From the NCBI GenBank assembly GCA_965240325.2, contig OZ251238.1:248001-312000 (forward strand): DNA of 64,000 nt, written 5' to 3'. Positions 32,674 to 44,916 of the stretch are shown in pieces (position 1 is the first letter of the stretch; the number at the start of each line of letters is the position of its first letter). The notes below the pieces were generated by a model. It saw nothing but the letters and a program-made list of their open reading frames with translations. It was not told the origin of the DNA and searched no databases. This DNA is from Rebecca billardiae RCC1528. Its lineage: Eukaryota > Protista > Haptophyta. Position numbers and translations under genes: made by a program.

Positions 32674-34530
32674 GCGACTCCGCACGCTCGCTGGCGTGCG
32701 TGTGGCGTACCCCGCGGCAGGACACCACGGTCGCCTGCGCAGGCGGCAGTGAGTCACCCTGCTGAGTGCGAAGAATTCGCGCCGACGACCTTCGCCGGAG
32801 TTCTCGCCGCGCTGCACGCCTTCTCACCCCGCAATAGGGAAAATGAACGTAGGAAGCTTTGACAGTTTTCTCTGTGCACCTGCGAGATGCAATCTTGGTT
32901 GGGCGGCGAATTAATGTCGCTCGGGGAATGGGGCGGAGATGGCACCAAACGGGCTGGCGCTCACAATCTCGCCGCACTTCCTAGGACGAGATCAGTATCA
33001 GGCGTTGTGACGGTTTTGCACCGTTTGCTTGCGTAGTTCGACGGTGCTCCAACTTGGCAGTGATCGAATATCAAAGAATTGCGATTCTTGCTACTCACTG
33101 ATTACCTGATTTACCTCTACTTCTACCGCCCGTCTCGGCGCATTTATAATATCTGGTTGGGCATCACCCGCGGCGGCTCAGGCAGAACCTCCTGAGAAAC
33201 GGGCTACGGAAGCCTCTTTCCGAGCGCCGATGCTTCTTTGGAAGGTTTGGAATACTACGTCGGTAGGCTCAAATTACTCGCGGCCAAATCTCATCGAGAT
33301 CGCCGAAACGAGACCGAACTGCCGATGAGCAGTGCCGCCGTGGCAAGGTGAGCACCGTCCACGGACCGACAACGACGGCGGAGGTCGGTTGGGGGTGAAA
33401 GGCGGGTCAACTCCCAGTGCGCCGAGCGACAGAGGTTGGCTCCCGCTCGCTCGCTGTGCGACCTCGCTCCAGCGACTAACTCTCCTGGGCGGGCGCGCGC
33501 CTTGGAGCCCGCCGAGTGGGGCGCGCACTCGCGGTGCGAGCTGCGCTGTGGCCATGGGCACTAACGCGCGTGGAGGCGGCGCGCGCGGCTGGGCAGGAGA
33601 TAGGGAGTGCGTGTCGCTCTCTTGCGTCGCGCGCATTGCTCGTTGCCGCTTTCGCCGCGCCTCAGGCCAGCACGCACGCGCGCGCTGCCTCCAGAAGGCC
33701 AGCCTCCGGCACTCACGCCGGCAGCCACCTGCGCCGATCAGTGACACCATCAGTGTGGTGCCGCGGTCTGGTCGGCGCGAGTCGGTCGGGGCCATCGGGC
33801 GAGGTTTGCATACAACAGGCGCGCGCCATGCCGTCTCGCGGCGACGCCGCGCATGGGCCCGGGCGCATCCCATGGTCACTCGTCGAAGTGGGCTGAGCTG
33901 CAGAGCAGATTCGTCGGTTCAGCCTGAGAGCCAGAGCGATATTTTGATTCGTATTCGGCACGACACTGAGCCTTCGGGCCATTCGGCAGAGACGGTGCGC
34001 GGCGCGCGGGCGCGGCCGGCGGGCGCGCAGCGTGCGGCACGGGGCCCACGCCGCCGCGCCGGCGCCGGGCCTCGCCGAGGCGGCAGCCCGCAAAGTGCCG
34101 CTCTGTCCGCCGAGCCGCGAGGGCCGGTGCCCGCAGTCGATGCCGATCACGTACGCGCGTCACGGTCTTTGTGGATGGCGTGGTAAAGCGCTTAAGCGGC
34201 CGGTTCACGCAATGCTACGCTACAGTACAGGCGCGGGACGGCGGGACAGCGGGTGCGGGCCGCCGCCACGGTAACGGTTAATCGGACATCGGTCCACTAC
34301 GGAACTCCGAGATTTACTACCACGTAAGAGCCTTGCTCAGAGTGTGCGGGCACTGACGAGTGACGGGGACTGCGGCAAGTTGAAGAATGAAGATTGAAGT
34401 GGCAGGCCGACCGCAGCCCGCAGGGCGCCTCCTAAGACTGACGCGAGTGAGTACATCAGAGTAACAGTGCCGAGTGCGCCGTCGTGCGGTCAGGCGCACC
34501 GTCACTACACGCCTGCTGTCACTCGGGCTG

Positions 34531-35415
34531 CTATGACTTGCTCGCGAAGACGACCAACGACGCCACCACGAGCGCGATGGTGGCATCCAGATACCACTGC
34601 AACTTCACCCCCTGGACCATCGCGCTGAGCTTGTAGGCAAGCAGCGGCAGCACGAGAGCAGACGCAATCTGCGTGTTCTCTGCGAGGCCAAGCTCGGAGC
34701 TGCGGCCAGGGGCTCGCAGCAGCGCCGCGGGGTCCACCGGCGCTGCTAGCGCCGATGGGACCAAAGCATTCCACGCATCGGAGCGCCGCAGAGCCAGCGG
34801 AAGCGACGCAGTCTCCTGGGGCGGCCGCACGCTGAGCAGCCGCACGTCCAGGGCGACGACACCGGCAACGTCATTGCCAGCGCCCAGGCCCTCGGCCTCC
34901 TGGCTCAGGCGATTGGCGTTGAGCACGGTGGTGTAGAGCCGCTGTTGCTGACCAAACCCGCGTGGCTTTGGCTCACGGGTGCGGTCCTTGTAGCCGAGCG
35001 GTGATGGGATGATGAGACGTCGTGTGCCGCGCGCACGCATGCCGCGCAAGCCTTCGTCCAGCCCGTCGATCATGTCGCCACTGCCCACGACCTGCCGGTA
35101 GGGTTCTTCCTCGCTCGCCTGCGTGTTAAGGAACACCCACCCTTGTCTGCCCACTAATCGGCCGACCACATGGAAGATGACGCGGCTGCCTGGTCCGACT
35201 TCCTCCCCTGAGCCCGCCACGATGTCAGCCCATCTCAGCCCGCTCGCCGTCGTCGTAAAGGTGAGCTGCTGCTGCGCCGCCGCCAAGCTCGGACCACTCA
35301 CGGCGGCGGCAGCAGCTCCAGCCGCCAGCTCGACGGCTCGGCGGCGCGCGCACGACGGCGTGGCAAAGTGAGGCTGCAGGGCCACGACGGCGACGACGAG
35401 TGGCAGCGGCGTCAT
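34531..35415 (-). CDS. FKBP-type peptidyl-prolyl isomerase, probably thylakoid-lumen targeted (294 aa)
   Basis: Hydrophobic leader + RRR..AAA Tat-like segment, TTASGLRWADIVAGSG, VGSGDMIDGLDEGLRGMRARGTRRLIIPSPLGY. Confidence 0.88.
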   Translation of the reverse strand: MTPLPLVVAVVALQPHFATPSCARRRAVELAAGAAAAAVSGPSLAAAQQQLTFTTTASGLRWADIVAGSGEEVGPGSRVIFHVVGRLVGRQGWVFLNTQASEEEPYRQVVGSGDMIDGLDEGLRGMRARGTRRLIIPSPLGYKDRTREPKPRGFGQQQRLYTTVLNANRLSQEAEGLGAGNDVAGVVALDVRLLSVRPPQETASLPLALRRSDAWNALVPSALAAPVDPAALLRAPGRSSELGLAENTQIASALVLPLLAYKLSAMVQGVKLQWYLDATIALVVASLVVFASKS

Positions 35416-35532
35416 CGCGGCCACGGCGCAAGGCGAGCCGCCGAGCGAGCGCGGCGCAAGCGCGCGAAAGCCGAGGAGCCACCCGGACACCCGAGAGGCC
35501 GAGCGACTGAGCGAGTGCGAGACCGGATTTTG

Positions 35533-36022
35533 ATTCTCGTTGATGTCGATGGCGGATTGGCCGAAGCTGCAGCCTGTCTGATGCACTGGAAAGCGCGTGC
35601 GCGCCTTTCCGCGCGCCGTGGGTGCGCGTGGCACGCATCGTGTCGTACTTGCCCAGAGGAGGCCTGACCGGCCGGCCAACCAACCTGCCGCGATCACGTT
35701 CAAATGCAGGCGGCAAGCTGCAGGCGAGCGCAGCTGCATGCGAGCGCACGCAAGTCGCAACCAACGGAAGCATCTCAAGCTCAAAAGGTAGTGGCGGCGG
35801 AGCGTGCACTGTAGAGCTGCTGTCGGTGGCAGTCCATCGTTCCATCAACTGCTCTTGGTCGCCAACTGACGAGGGCGTGACGCTGCGCGTCCTGACACTG
35901 TCGTGCGCCGCGAGTAACCCCTGTGGCAAGGCGAAGCACCCTGGCAAGGGGAAGCAGCATGCCTTGACAACACATGTTGCCATTGCTCAGCGTCCCAGCA
36001 CGAGGATGCACCAACGACGTGC
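35533..36022 (+). repeat. Dispersed repeat, paralog of 21370-21871
   Basis: Colinear shared blocks with 21370-21871. Confidence 0.85.
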
Positions 36023-36547
36023 CACGGGCTCGTCCGAGCGGAAGTCGGATTACGGTACGGCCAGATGGCGGTGCCCACTTTACCGCTGGCTGGCCAGGTA
36101 GGCGGCACGTCAGTCACGGTCAGTGCCTCGGCCCTCGGGACGGGCATCCAGCGGCGGCGAGGTCGCCATACCACGTGGCGTGGTCCCAGAGAAGATAACT
36201 CCCGGCCCTGATCGGCTCGCTAGCCATGTCGGTCGATCATCGCCATTGACCTTAGGTGCTCACAGGCCACATGTATTCCGGCGGCGGCAGCTTCGCATAC
36301 GTGGACACGGTCACACGACTACCGTGCAGCCAACCTTGATCGTCAGACTCACGGCGTGTGGGGTTAGACGGAACATTGAAAGCGGTCTGCACAGTGGCAA
36401 GGCGTGCCAAAGCGGTCAGCATGCCCGTCAGAAGGGTGATCGTGGTCCCTACTAAGTACTTGCCAAACCTTTTCATGCGCAGCCTCACGCGAGCGCCGGT
36501 TGCACGAGGACGTGGACGGGGACTTGAGAGTGGTGAAAATGGCGGTT

Positions 36548-36725
36548 AGGAAGCTGTCACTCATGCTGAGGCGCTCGATCGCACGACTGCGCCAACATGC
36601 CTACGCCACGCCCTGGTCACCCGGTGCGCCGTGTGACCCGGCCGTGCCGCCATGGCGCTAGGCCTGCTGGGGCCTTGGATCGCAGACGTGGTGGGACTGG
36701 CATTCGAGACGCCCACTCGCCCAGC
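36548..36725 (+). repeat. Diverged repeat, inverted paralog of 1590-1715
   Basis: Aligns with extra short insertions relative to the 1590-1715 copy. Confidence 0.7.
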
Positions 36726-37919
36726 ATGATATGGCGTAGTAGTCCACCTTTCAAAATTGTGGTCAGCTGCGTCAAGTGGCAGACCTGGCCCCTGTATACT
36801 GCGATAGTGAGTCCGCGAGAGATTGAGATATATACGCGTACTCGGCGGCACTTCTGACCGCTGCATCACAGTGTGCGCTCATTCTCAGCAGTGTATTCAG
36901 ATATCTTAAGAAGTCCGCTCAAAGGCGCACGATGTGACGGCTCCGGAACGTCGTCATAACTATAAACACTGCACTCACAGCATCAGCGGCCGCGGGGGGG
37001 GCGGCGGCCGGCGCGCCGCGGGCGGCTCTGGTCCGATGATGCAATTATTTGTGGAGTCAGGAGTGCATGTATGATGAGCTCTAAGTAGGGCCCGTCTTAG
37101 TCTTCGACTTCGTCATCGCTTAGAAACTCGGAACTGGCGCCGCGCCGCCGGACCCCGTCGATTCGCACGGCGCCGCACCCTGGACAAGGACGTACACTTT
37201 GACTTGACCCGTCATACAGCTGGCTGACTAGGGGACCGCGCAGCGGCACCGGGTGACTGAATAAGCCGGCGCCGCCGTCTGGCCGATCACCGATCGGCGG
37301 TCCAGCAACGTACACGGTCTGATCCTGGCTGCAGTCCGCCACAGTCCCGGCGGCGTTCGCGGCGGGTGAGTTGAGACACGCCCTGCTGCCGCCAACTCGG
37401 ACTGAGTCGGACGGAGTCAGTGACTCAATGGACATGGTTATGACGTAACCAGTGGCCATTACTGGAACTCTCCATATCATACGACTATCACTGATCACCA
37501 GCAGTAGCAGCGCAGGCCGGGCTCGGGAGTCGCCGGGGGCGGCCGGGCTTCTATAGAGGCCAGGGTATAGGCGGCGCGCCGGCGTTGTCGAGTACTCGGA
37601 CTCATCCTTAGTACGCGGCCTCCGTGCGCACGGCCCGTGCAGGCTGTGCAGCGCGCGCGCACGATCGTTCTGCTATGACGGCGACGAGGCTGTCCAGGGC
37701 CGTTATATTAAGTTATACCGAACGTTTATGATAACACAATATTAGATCATGAGTCATCACACAGAACTCCGAAGCAGTAGACGGACAACGGCGGACCGTC
37801 TCTGCACCCAGGCGGAGCGCCGCCGTCGGGCAGCGCGAGACAGTCGGTCCCCGGTGTTCGCAGCGGGGGCGGGAACATCGTGCCAGGCGCAGCAACGCGC
37901 GAGCATGTACGCTCGTTCC

Positions 37920-38528
37920 TCACTGCCCCGGCAGCGTGGCATCCTCGCTGTTGAGCGGGTTGTTGAGGTCGTCGAGGAACTTGGAGAAGAAGTTCTTCTC
38001 GTCCACCGTCTTTGACCTGTCCGCCTGGACGACCGGGTCGTCGGGGAACTCGGCGAGGCGGAAGCCGAACTGAAGCGTCGCGGGATCCGCGTCCGCCGGG
38101 AGCAGCTTGGGGTACTGGCGCGCCACAGCGGCGCAGAGCTCGGCCTCGCGCGTGTAGATCGAGCGGCTCACCGCCTCGAGCACGGATGACGTACGCGGCA
38201 CGACCATAGCGCCCGCTGGCATCCACTCGGCACCCTCCTCGGCGCGGACAAAGAGGTCATACTCCGGCTGGCCCGTTTTGCGCAGCTTCTCGTACGCGCC
38301 CGACTTCTTTGGTGCATCTGCTTTGCCCTTGATCTTCTTCTCGCCGAACCCCGACGACGACATCGCCGTGCGCGCAAGGCCGTGGGCGGCGGCAGCGCGG
38401 CCAACCTCCGGGCGAGCCAGCTGCGCCGATGCGAGCGCCGCGCTCGCCACCCCCCTCGAGCCCGCGGGCTGGGGTGGGGCGAACGCAACCGAGCACAGCA
38501 CGAGCGCGCCTGCTGCCATCACGGCCAT
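37920..38528 (-). CDS. HHL1-like (hypersensitive to high light) plastid protein, ~202 aa
   Basis: Signal peptide + VAFAP (ASAFAP-like) motif, GFG, G.PEY.LFVR....EW.PAG.M.VPR, YPKL, LQFGFRL.EFPDDPV. Confidence 0.75.
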   Translation of the reverse strand: MAVMAAGALVLCSVAFAPPQPAGSRGVASAALASAQLARPEVGRAAAAHGLARTAMSSSGFGEKKIKGKADAPKKSGAYEKLRKTGQPEYDLFVRAEEGAEWMPAGAMVVPRTSSVLEAVSRSIYTREAELCAAVARQYPKLLPADADPATLQFGFRLAEFPDDPVVQADRSKTVDEKNFFSKFLDDLNNPLNSEDATLPGQ

Positions 38529-38997
38529 GATGATGCCCTCCGTAATCCCGTTGGCAGCGCGCGAGTCGCGACCGTCGAATACTCGGGACTCGGCCGGGCG
38601 CGGGCGCGCGCTGGCCGTGCAAAATCCGGGCCGATCGACGTGAATCATCTCGGCTGGACAAAGGACCGTCAATACCCGCTCTATATCGGAAAGCGAGCGC
38701 AGCAGAGCTCGGCGCATATGAGTGGAGCATATTGATTGGTGCTCGCCCATAGTGGAACGTGCCCCCATAAGTCGATCCGTGACTAACACGGGTGCCACTT
38801 AGCGCCTACGTGGGCGAATTAAAACTGCGGGCAGCAGCAGGGATTGCGATCTCGCGGCGAGTGCCGGACTCGCGAGGCGGGTGGGCGAAGCTCGACAGCG
38901 CGAGAGCCTTCTAGCGCGAGCTGCTTCACCAAGGAGGGCCGCCACTAGGATTCACCGAGAATCCGTGTGGGCCGTCGCGGCGCGCTCGTGCGCGGGG

Positions 38998-40577
38998 ATG
39001 GCCGACGTGCTCTCGTCGGTGATCGGGCCGTGGTCGTTGAAGCCGCTGTCCAACTCGAGCGCGATGCCTCCCTTGCCCGTGGCCTTGCACGACTATCGCA
39101 CCTGGTCATGGGGCCAGCGCGCAGTGTTTGCGTTTGTGGTGCTCTTTGGCTATGAGCTGCTCCACCGGGTCGTGCCCTTGCTGTTCTCGGGCTTCCCGCA
39201 GCTGCCGTGGAAGGGGAAGCACCTGGACGAGCTTGAGTTCAAGGACAAGCTCTTCATCGGCTTCAACCGAATCACTGGTACGCCCAGGGCCGGGGCGCCG
39301 CGCGAATACGGCGGAGCGCGGCAGCGGGATGGGGGTCGCTGGCGCACGTGCACGCGCGGCGGCGTGGCGCGGCACAGCGTGTGCTGTGCGCAGGCTGGGG
39401 ACGCAGGCTGCGTGCGCAACCACGCGCGCACGCCACTTCGCACCGGAGTCGCACGCCATTCGCCCCTCACACTGCGCGCGCGCGCGCGTGCCACGCCGGT
39501 GGGTGCCGTGTGGTTGGCGCTCGCGTGCTGCAGGCGTCACCTTCGTGTACAACTGCCTGCAGTACATGAGCCTGAGCCACACGGTGAAGTGGCTACCCTC
39601 GGAAATGACGCTTATGAACACCGTCGTCGCGCTACCGGTGCGTGCGCTCTCTACCGCCGCCGGCGCTGCGCCGCGCGCCCTCGCGCCCCACGCCGCGGCC
39701 GGGTGCTCACGCGCTGGCTGGCTCGGCGCGCGCACGCTCGTGCGGAGCGCAGGCCCTGTTCATCTTCTACGACTTTTTCTACTGCTTGTGGCATCGGCTC
39801 CTGCACGTACGCGCTATTTACCCGTGGATCCACAAGCACCACCACAAGCAGGTGGTGCCCACGCGCGGCAACCTCGACGCGATGAACGTGCATCCGGTCG
39901 AGTTCCTCGTCGGTGCGGGTCGCGCCGACGTGCGAGTGCGGGGCGCGGCGCGCCGCGCGCGGAGGAGCGCGCGGCCGTGATGGGACCGACGTGCAGCGCA
40001 GGGCGATCCGCGCGGGGCTCATACGGCGTGGGCTGCGGGGTCGCCACGGCCTCGCGCGACGGGCGGGATGCAGCATGAGTCTCCTCCCACGCCTCGCCCA
40101 CCGGCCTCGGCCGCCAGCCTGCAGCGGCGCTGATCCGCCCGCGTGCGCCCCCGCGCGATGCCCTGCGCTCGGCGCGCGCAGGCGAGTACTTGCACTTGGC
40201 GGCCTTGACTGTGGTGCCGGCGCATGCGGTCACGTGCTTCCTCTTCGTCCTCTCGATGGGTGCGCGCGCGCGCGCACGCGCGCGCGCACGCGGCTGCTGC
40301 ACGCGGCTGCTGCCGCCGCCAGGTTGGCGCTCACACCTGCGCGCCGCCCCGGCTGTCCCCGTGCCGCCTCGCTCGCCCTCGCTCCCTCCGGCCGCGCGCA
40401 GGCGTGCTCACTGCGCTCAACCACACGCGCCTCGATGTGAACGTCCCGTGGGGCATCTTCAAGGTGCGCTGGCACGACCTGCACCACCGAGTGCCGCAGA
40501 GCAACTACGGGCAGTACACGATGCTGTGGGACCACCTGTGGGGCTCCTACCGCGAGGACAAGGAGGACGAGGACTGA
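38998..40577 (+). CDS. Fatty acid hydroxylase/sterol desaturase superfamily protein (265 aa); join(38998..39277,39534..39637,39753..39912,40182..40259,40402..40577)
   Basis: His boxes HRLLH, HKHHH and HDLHH, plus HPVE and NYG...LWD.LWGSY. Four GT-AG introns; the exons sum to 798 nt. Confidence 0.92.
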
Positions 40578-41506
40578 GGCGGCCGCGCTGGGGCGGGTGC
40601 GCACAGTGGGGCAGCCTGCGTGGCGCGGCTGCCACGCGCGCGCCGCGTTGGGCGGCGCGCATGACTCAGCACTCACTGTGGAGGTGAGCGCAGCAGCAGG
40701 CGTCGGCGGCAGCGCAGCCAGCAACTGCTGCGTCGCTGGTGCTGGCCGAGTTGGGCACGGGGTGGCGCGCTGTGCAGCGCGCGTGCGGCATGGGGGCTGC
40801 GCGCACGCCGCGCAAGCGCGCTGACAGAGCGAGTGCTGAGCGGAGCCACCGTGACGGCAGTGGCGGCGCGGGGCTGAGGCCCGGCCCGCAGCGTGGCACC
40901 GCGCCCGGCTGTCTTTCGCGCTGCCAGGGGGCAGAGCGCCGGACGTGACGACGGCGCAGGCGAGCCCGGCCGCTCTGCCGCCAGCGCGGCGCACAGTCTT
41001 CTCTACGCTCTGCGGAGCGGCGCCAGCGACGCGCGTGACGCCAGCTGCCTGCATCACGCGTCACGCCGTGTCGACTGTCGGATGACGGATCGGGCATGGC
41101 GCGAGGTCTCTGTGACGGACGACGACTCGGCGGACAGCCGCGCGCATCACTACGTCGCTTGCAGCGCGCATGTGCGCGCGCACCATCTACGCGCACTTAT
41201 TCTTAGCAGCATGCGCTCCAGCCAGTAGGATCTCACATTCTTGGCTGACTGATTTGCCGATGTTATTAAGGCGGAAAATAGATGGACGGGCGTCGCGCCG
41301 GGCCGGCGAATCCTCGAGCAGGTGACGAGGCCCAGGCGCCCAGCAGCGACAAGATTCCGGATTCGTTCGCGTCTCCCGCGTTTTCATCAGACCCCTGCCG
41401 TTGGGTACCAACGTGCGGGCGAGGAAATTGGCTCCTCCCTTTCCGCGCGAAATGCCGGAGGCTTGCGCGTCCGCTGCCGGCTTGTCGAACGGTCCAACTC
41501 ACCAGA

Positions 41507-42937
41507 ATGCTGCTGCTCGCCGCCCTCGCCGGGCTCACGCTGGCTCGGCTGCCACCCGCACCCTCCATCGGCGCGTGGATATACGACCACCCGACCGCAT
41601 GGCCCCCGGCACAGTGGGAGGCGCACGTCCGCCACTTCAACGCCAACCTCAGCTCCTCCGCGCACCGGCTCGATCACGTCGCCGTGTACGGTTCTGACGT
41701 GGAGCTGTACGAGCAGGGCTGGTGCTGCCGCCCGGCGGACGCGGAGGTGACGGGCGCGCGGCTGGCGGCGTACGGCGCTGACCCCTCCGTCGATGTCACC
41801 CTCGTCGTCGACGGCCGCATGGACGGCGGCCAGTCCTGGAGCCCGGACCTCTCTCGGCTCTCAGAGCAGCAGTTGGAGAGCCTTGCGCGCTGGGTCGCGC
41901 AGTGGACGTGCGCGTACGAGCGCGTCGATGGCGTGCAGCTCGATCTGGAGCCGATCGCGGGGCCGTGGAATGCCAACCTCAAGCTCTTCCTCGCGGCGCT
42001 CGGCCGGCACCTCCGCAGCGTCGACTGGGGCTGCGTGAGCGAGCGCCGCACCGAGGGCGTCGCGCTGTCCACCTTCGCTCTCGCCGCCGACGTGGACGAC
42101 GAGCTCGTTGCCGCGCTGGGGCCGGAGGGGTACGTGGTGGTCTCGGGGTACGACCTCGGTCCCGGCCCGGCGGGCACGCCCCACTCGCCCGCGGCATACC
42201 GCGCCGCCCTCGAGCGCGACCTCGAGCGCATGCTCGCGCTGAGCGCGCGCACCGGCTGTCGTTTCATGGTGGGCATCCCGGCGGCCGCCTCCACCAAGGA
42301 GTTCGAGGAGTACGCGGGTGTGCCGTCGGGGTACGCGCAGGCGGCGTACGTCGCGGAGGCGCTCGAAGCGCTCAAGGGCCTGGAGTCGCGCGCACCGCCG
42401 GGCGTGTACCTGGGCAAGTTCCTGTGGGCCCTCACGTACACAAACGTAGGCGCGCGCGCGCGTTCGGCGCGCGACCGGTCGCTGCGAGCACGACGGGGAG
42501 GGAGGAAGCGCGTGTTGACGCAAGCGCCGCGCCGGTTGGCACCCTTTGCGCAGGTGTACCCACCACACTCCGACAACGTGATGCGGCCGACGCATGCATT
42601 CGCCGCCAAGGGCGTGCGCGCCTTGCTGCAAGGTCATTCGTCCGCGGCGCCGCGGCCTGGCATCCCAACGCCGCCCTCATCTCCGCCGCACCACCCGCTG
42701 CCGCGCGCGCACTCACCGCCACCTTCGCCACGGCCACCGGGCGGGGGGGGCGGCGGGGACAACTTGGCGACCTACCTCAGGAACGGATGCACGGACGAGT
42801 CCGACTGCACCGCGATTCTCGTCGCGAGCGGAATCCTGACCGCCGGTGGCGGCGGAAGCTATTGCCGCACCGGAATGGACGAGTGCGACCGGCGCGTGTG
42901 CCATGGCGACGCGCACAGCCGGCTGCACCCATGCTGA
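41507..42937 (+). CDS. Secreted GH18-like TIM-barrel protein with Pro-rich linker and Cys-rich C-terminus (~440 aa); join(41507..42445,42554..42937)
   Basis: Signal peptide MLLLAALAGLTLA, VDGVQLDLEP (DxxDxDxE-like), VVSGYDL, FMVGIP. 108-nt GT-AG intron. Confidence 0.7.
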   Translation: MLLLAALAGLTLARLPPAPSIGAWIYDHPTAWPPAQWEAHVRHFNANLSSSAHRLDHVAVYGSDVELYEQGWCCRPADAEVTGARLAAYGADPSVDVTLVVDGRMDGGQSWSPDLSRLSEQQLESLARWVAQWTCAYERVDGVQLDLEPIAGPWNANLKLFLAALGRHLRSVDWGCVSERRTEGVALSTFALAADVDDELVAALGPEGYVVVSGYDLGPGPAGTPHSPAAYRAALERDLERMLALSARTGCRFMVGIPAAASTKEFEEYAGVPSGYAQAAYVAEALEALKGLESRAPPGVYLGKFLWALTYTNVGARARSARDRSLRARRGGRKRVLTQAPRRLAPFAQVYPPHSDNVMRPTHAFAAKGVRALLQGHSSAAPRPGIPTPPSSPPHHPLPRAHSPPPSPRPPGGGGGGDNLATYLRNGCTDESDCTAILVASGILTAGGGGSYCRTGMDECDRRVCHGDAHSRLHPC

Positions 42938-43440
42938 GAAGGGCGAACGTGGCAACGCCGCCAAGCCGCTATAACCCTCTCGGACTGCCGACGTCCCAAG
43001 AGCAACGGCTGAATATAAGACAGGCAATTTCAACGGCTGACGAATAATCCGCGGTACTACCGCACTCCGCAGCCGAACGGGCTTCCGAACGCCGGAACGG
43101 GCGCGTCGGCCTGCGCACTACTCCGAGCGGCGCAGGTCGGCACGGTGACGGTGCCGAACCTTCTCAGTATAGTCTGCTTACTTATATTATATATAATCGA
43201 TCTGACGACGAATAAGAGGCTTGGAATTAATATATATATATATACTAATAAAATTAAATAACTGCTTATTACTACTGCTGCTGCTGCTGCTGGCTGCAGT
43301 GATGATGATCAGACTCGTCATCATCGTTGCATCTATATTGCGGCATCACGTCAACCACCGCGCTAGTCCTCACGTTGGCGCCGAACGCCGTGCCCGCCTG
43401 CCGCCGTGTTCCGAGATAATGCCCGCTGAACGGTATTGGC

Positions 43441-44407
43441 CTGTGTCAGTGTGTGCGAATCAAGCCTCGACTGGCGTCGGCCAACCGTCGGCCACAAGAT
43501 GCCGCCCACTTTCGCCCGTTCATCGGCCAGTGGCCGACTACGACGAATAAATGCATGAATAAAGGATGACGATATATTCGTTAAATATCCATACGACTTT
43601 AGTTTATTTCTGGCGCAATATTATTAATTCACCACTCGGGCAGAACGTATCCATATATCGGGTCGACGGTCCCAACGAGGTCGCCTCGTCGACTCTGTAT
43701 GGGCATCGGATCTCGTCGCAGAAGCTGCTTGCAGCCGACTACTGTGCTGCGGCAGCCACCGCTCGTGCATTGTCCGCCCGCCGCGAGGCTGCCGCAGTCG
43801 CCGCGTCGGCAGACGATGGCGCTGCTGGCAGTGCAAGCGCGAGCCGTGGCAGAAGTAGGGGTCGTGGGCACGGGCGTGGGCGCGGTCGCGGGCGCGGGTG
43901 CGGCCGCTGACTCGCCCTCGGAGTCTCACCGGGCTCGCCGCCCTGCACCTCGCGTCCTTCACTCGCCGGGCCGGCGCGCAGATAGCTACAATAAGTCTAC
44001 ATATAGCACAGTCTGAATTCAATATCTTATCCGCGATCGATGATGATGAGATTAACACTCGCCATCAACGGTCTTCACACACACACACACACACACACCA
44101 CGCTCACGGTCAGAGACCGCGCCACTGGGGCTCAACAAGTCCGCACCAGTTGGGTCGGCCTGACGAGCCCTGGGACGGCTGGGGCCGTCGCCCTCTCGGA
44201 CTACGACCGTGCAGAGTCGGACCGAGTGCTGCCGCCCGCGCGGCGTGCGCACACGGCCTGACGCGCCGGCGCCGTGGCCGTGCCGTCCGGCGCGGCGGCC
44301 TGTCCGTCACGGCGCGGTCCGGCTGCGCGCCCGGGTGCGGCCCGAAGGCCGGGACCCCGGGCCCGGCCCGGCGGGCCCGATCCGGGCGATCGGCACGGGC
44401 ATATCGG

Positions 44408-44447
<40 letters not shown>

Positions 44448-44652
44448 CAATATTCTACGGCGCATGGCGCATGTCCGGCTCACTACTCTCAGACTGTCCG
44501 CCGTCGCGCGGATCCGCGGGCCAGCACGGAGATGGCTGGTCGAAATACCGCGCGCTACTCGCCTACTCCTGTCACTATCCATCGGCCATGGCCACCTAGC
44601 GGCCAATATCATCGGTCATGGCCGGCCATAGGCCTTGATTCGACGCACATAG
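43441..44652 (-). mobile_element. Non-autonomous TIR DNA transposon, copy 2 (inverted, lacks the solo LTR)
   Basis: 43448-43560 matches the reverse complement of 6410-6516, and 43700-44652 matches the reverse complement of 4416-5150. Probable TSD GTATTGGC (43433-43440) recurs after the right end as G[ACTCAC]TATTGGC. Confidence 0.85.
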
Positions 44653-44916
44653 GACTCACTATTGGCACTCAAATTGAAATGGCAGAGGAACCCCGGCTGC
44701 CGGTCCGGGTCGGCCACCAGCGCCGGCTCCTGCCTCGCGGACAACGGAGGCAGGCGGCGGCGGCGTCGTCATTCTCAGGCATCCATCCACGGCCACAAAA
44801 TCGCGCCGACAGCACGCGCAACGTGGTAGACAATTCACGCATGCCAAAACCTTTGAGCGCGAGGCAGCTCGACGCTCCGCCCGGGGGCTCGCACAGCCCG
44901 CTGTGCAGGCATCACG

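Noticed and set aside
33256-34326. Possible degenerate TIR element (TACGTCGGTAG..AAAT / ATTTACTACCACGTA)
   Set aside because: The match is short and gapped, with no second copy in the window. Plausible but not supportable.
36950-37740. Possible decayed element related to 59920-60480
   Set aside because: Only scattered short word matches; boundaries could not be defined by eye.
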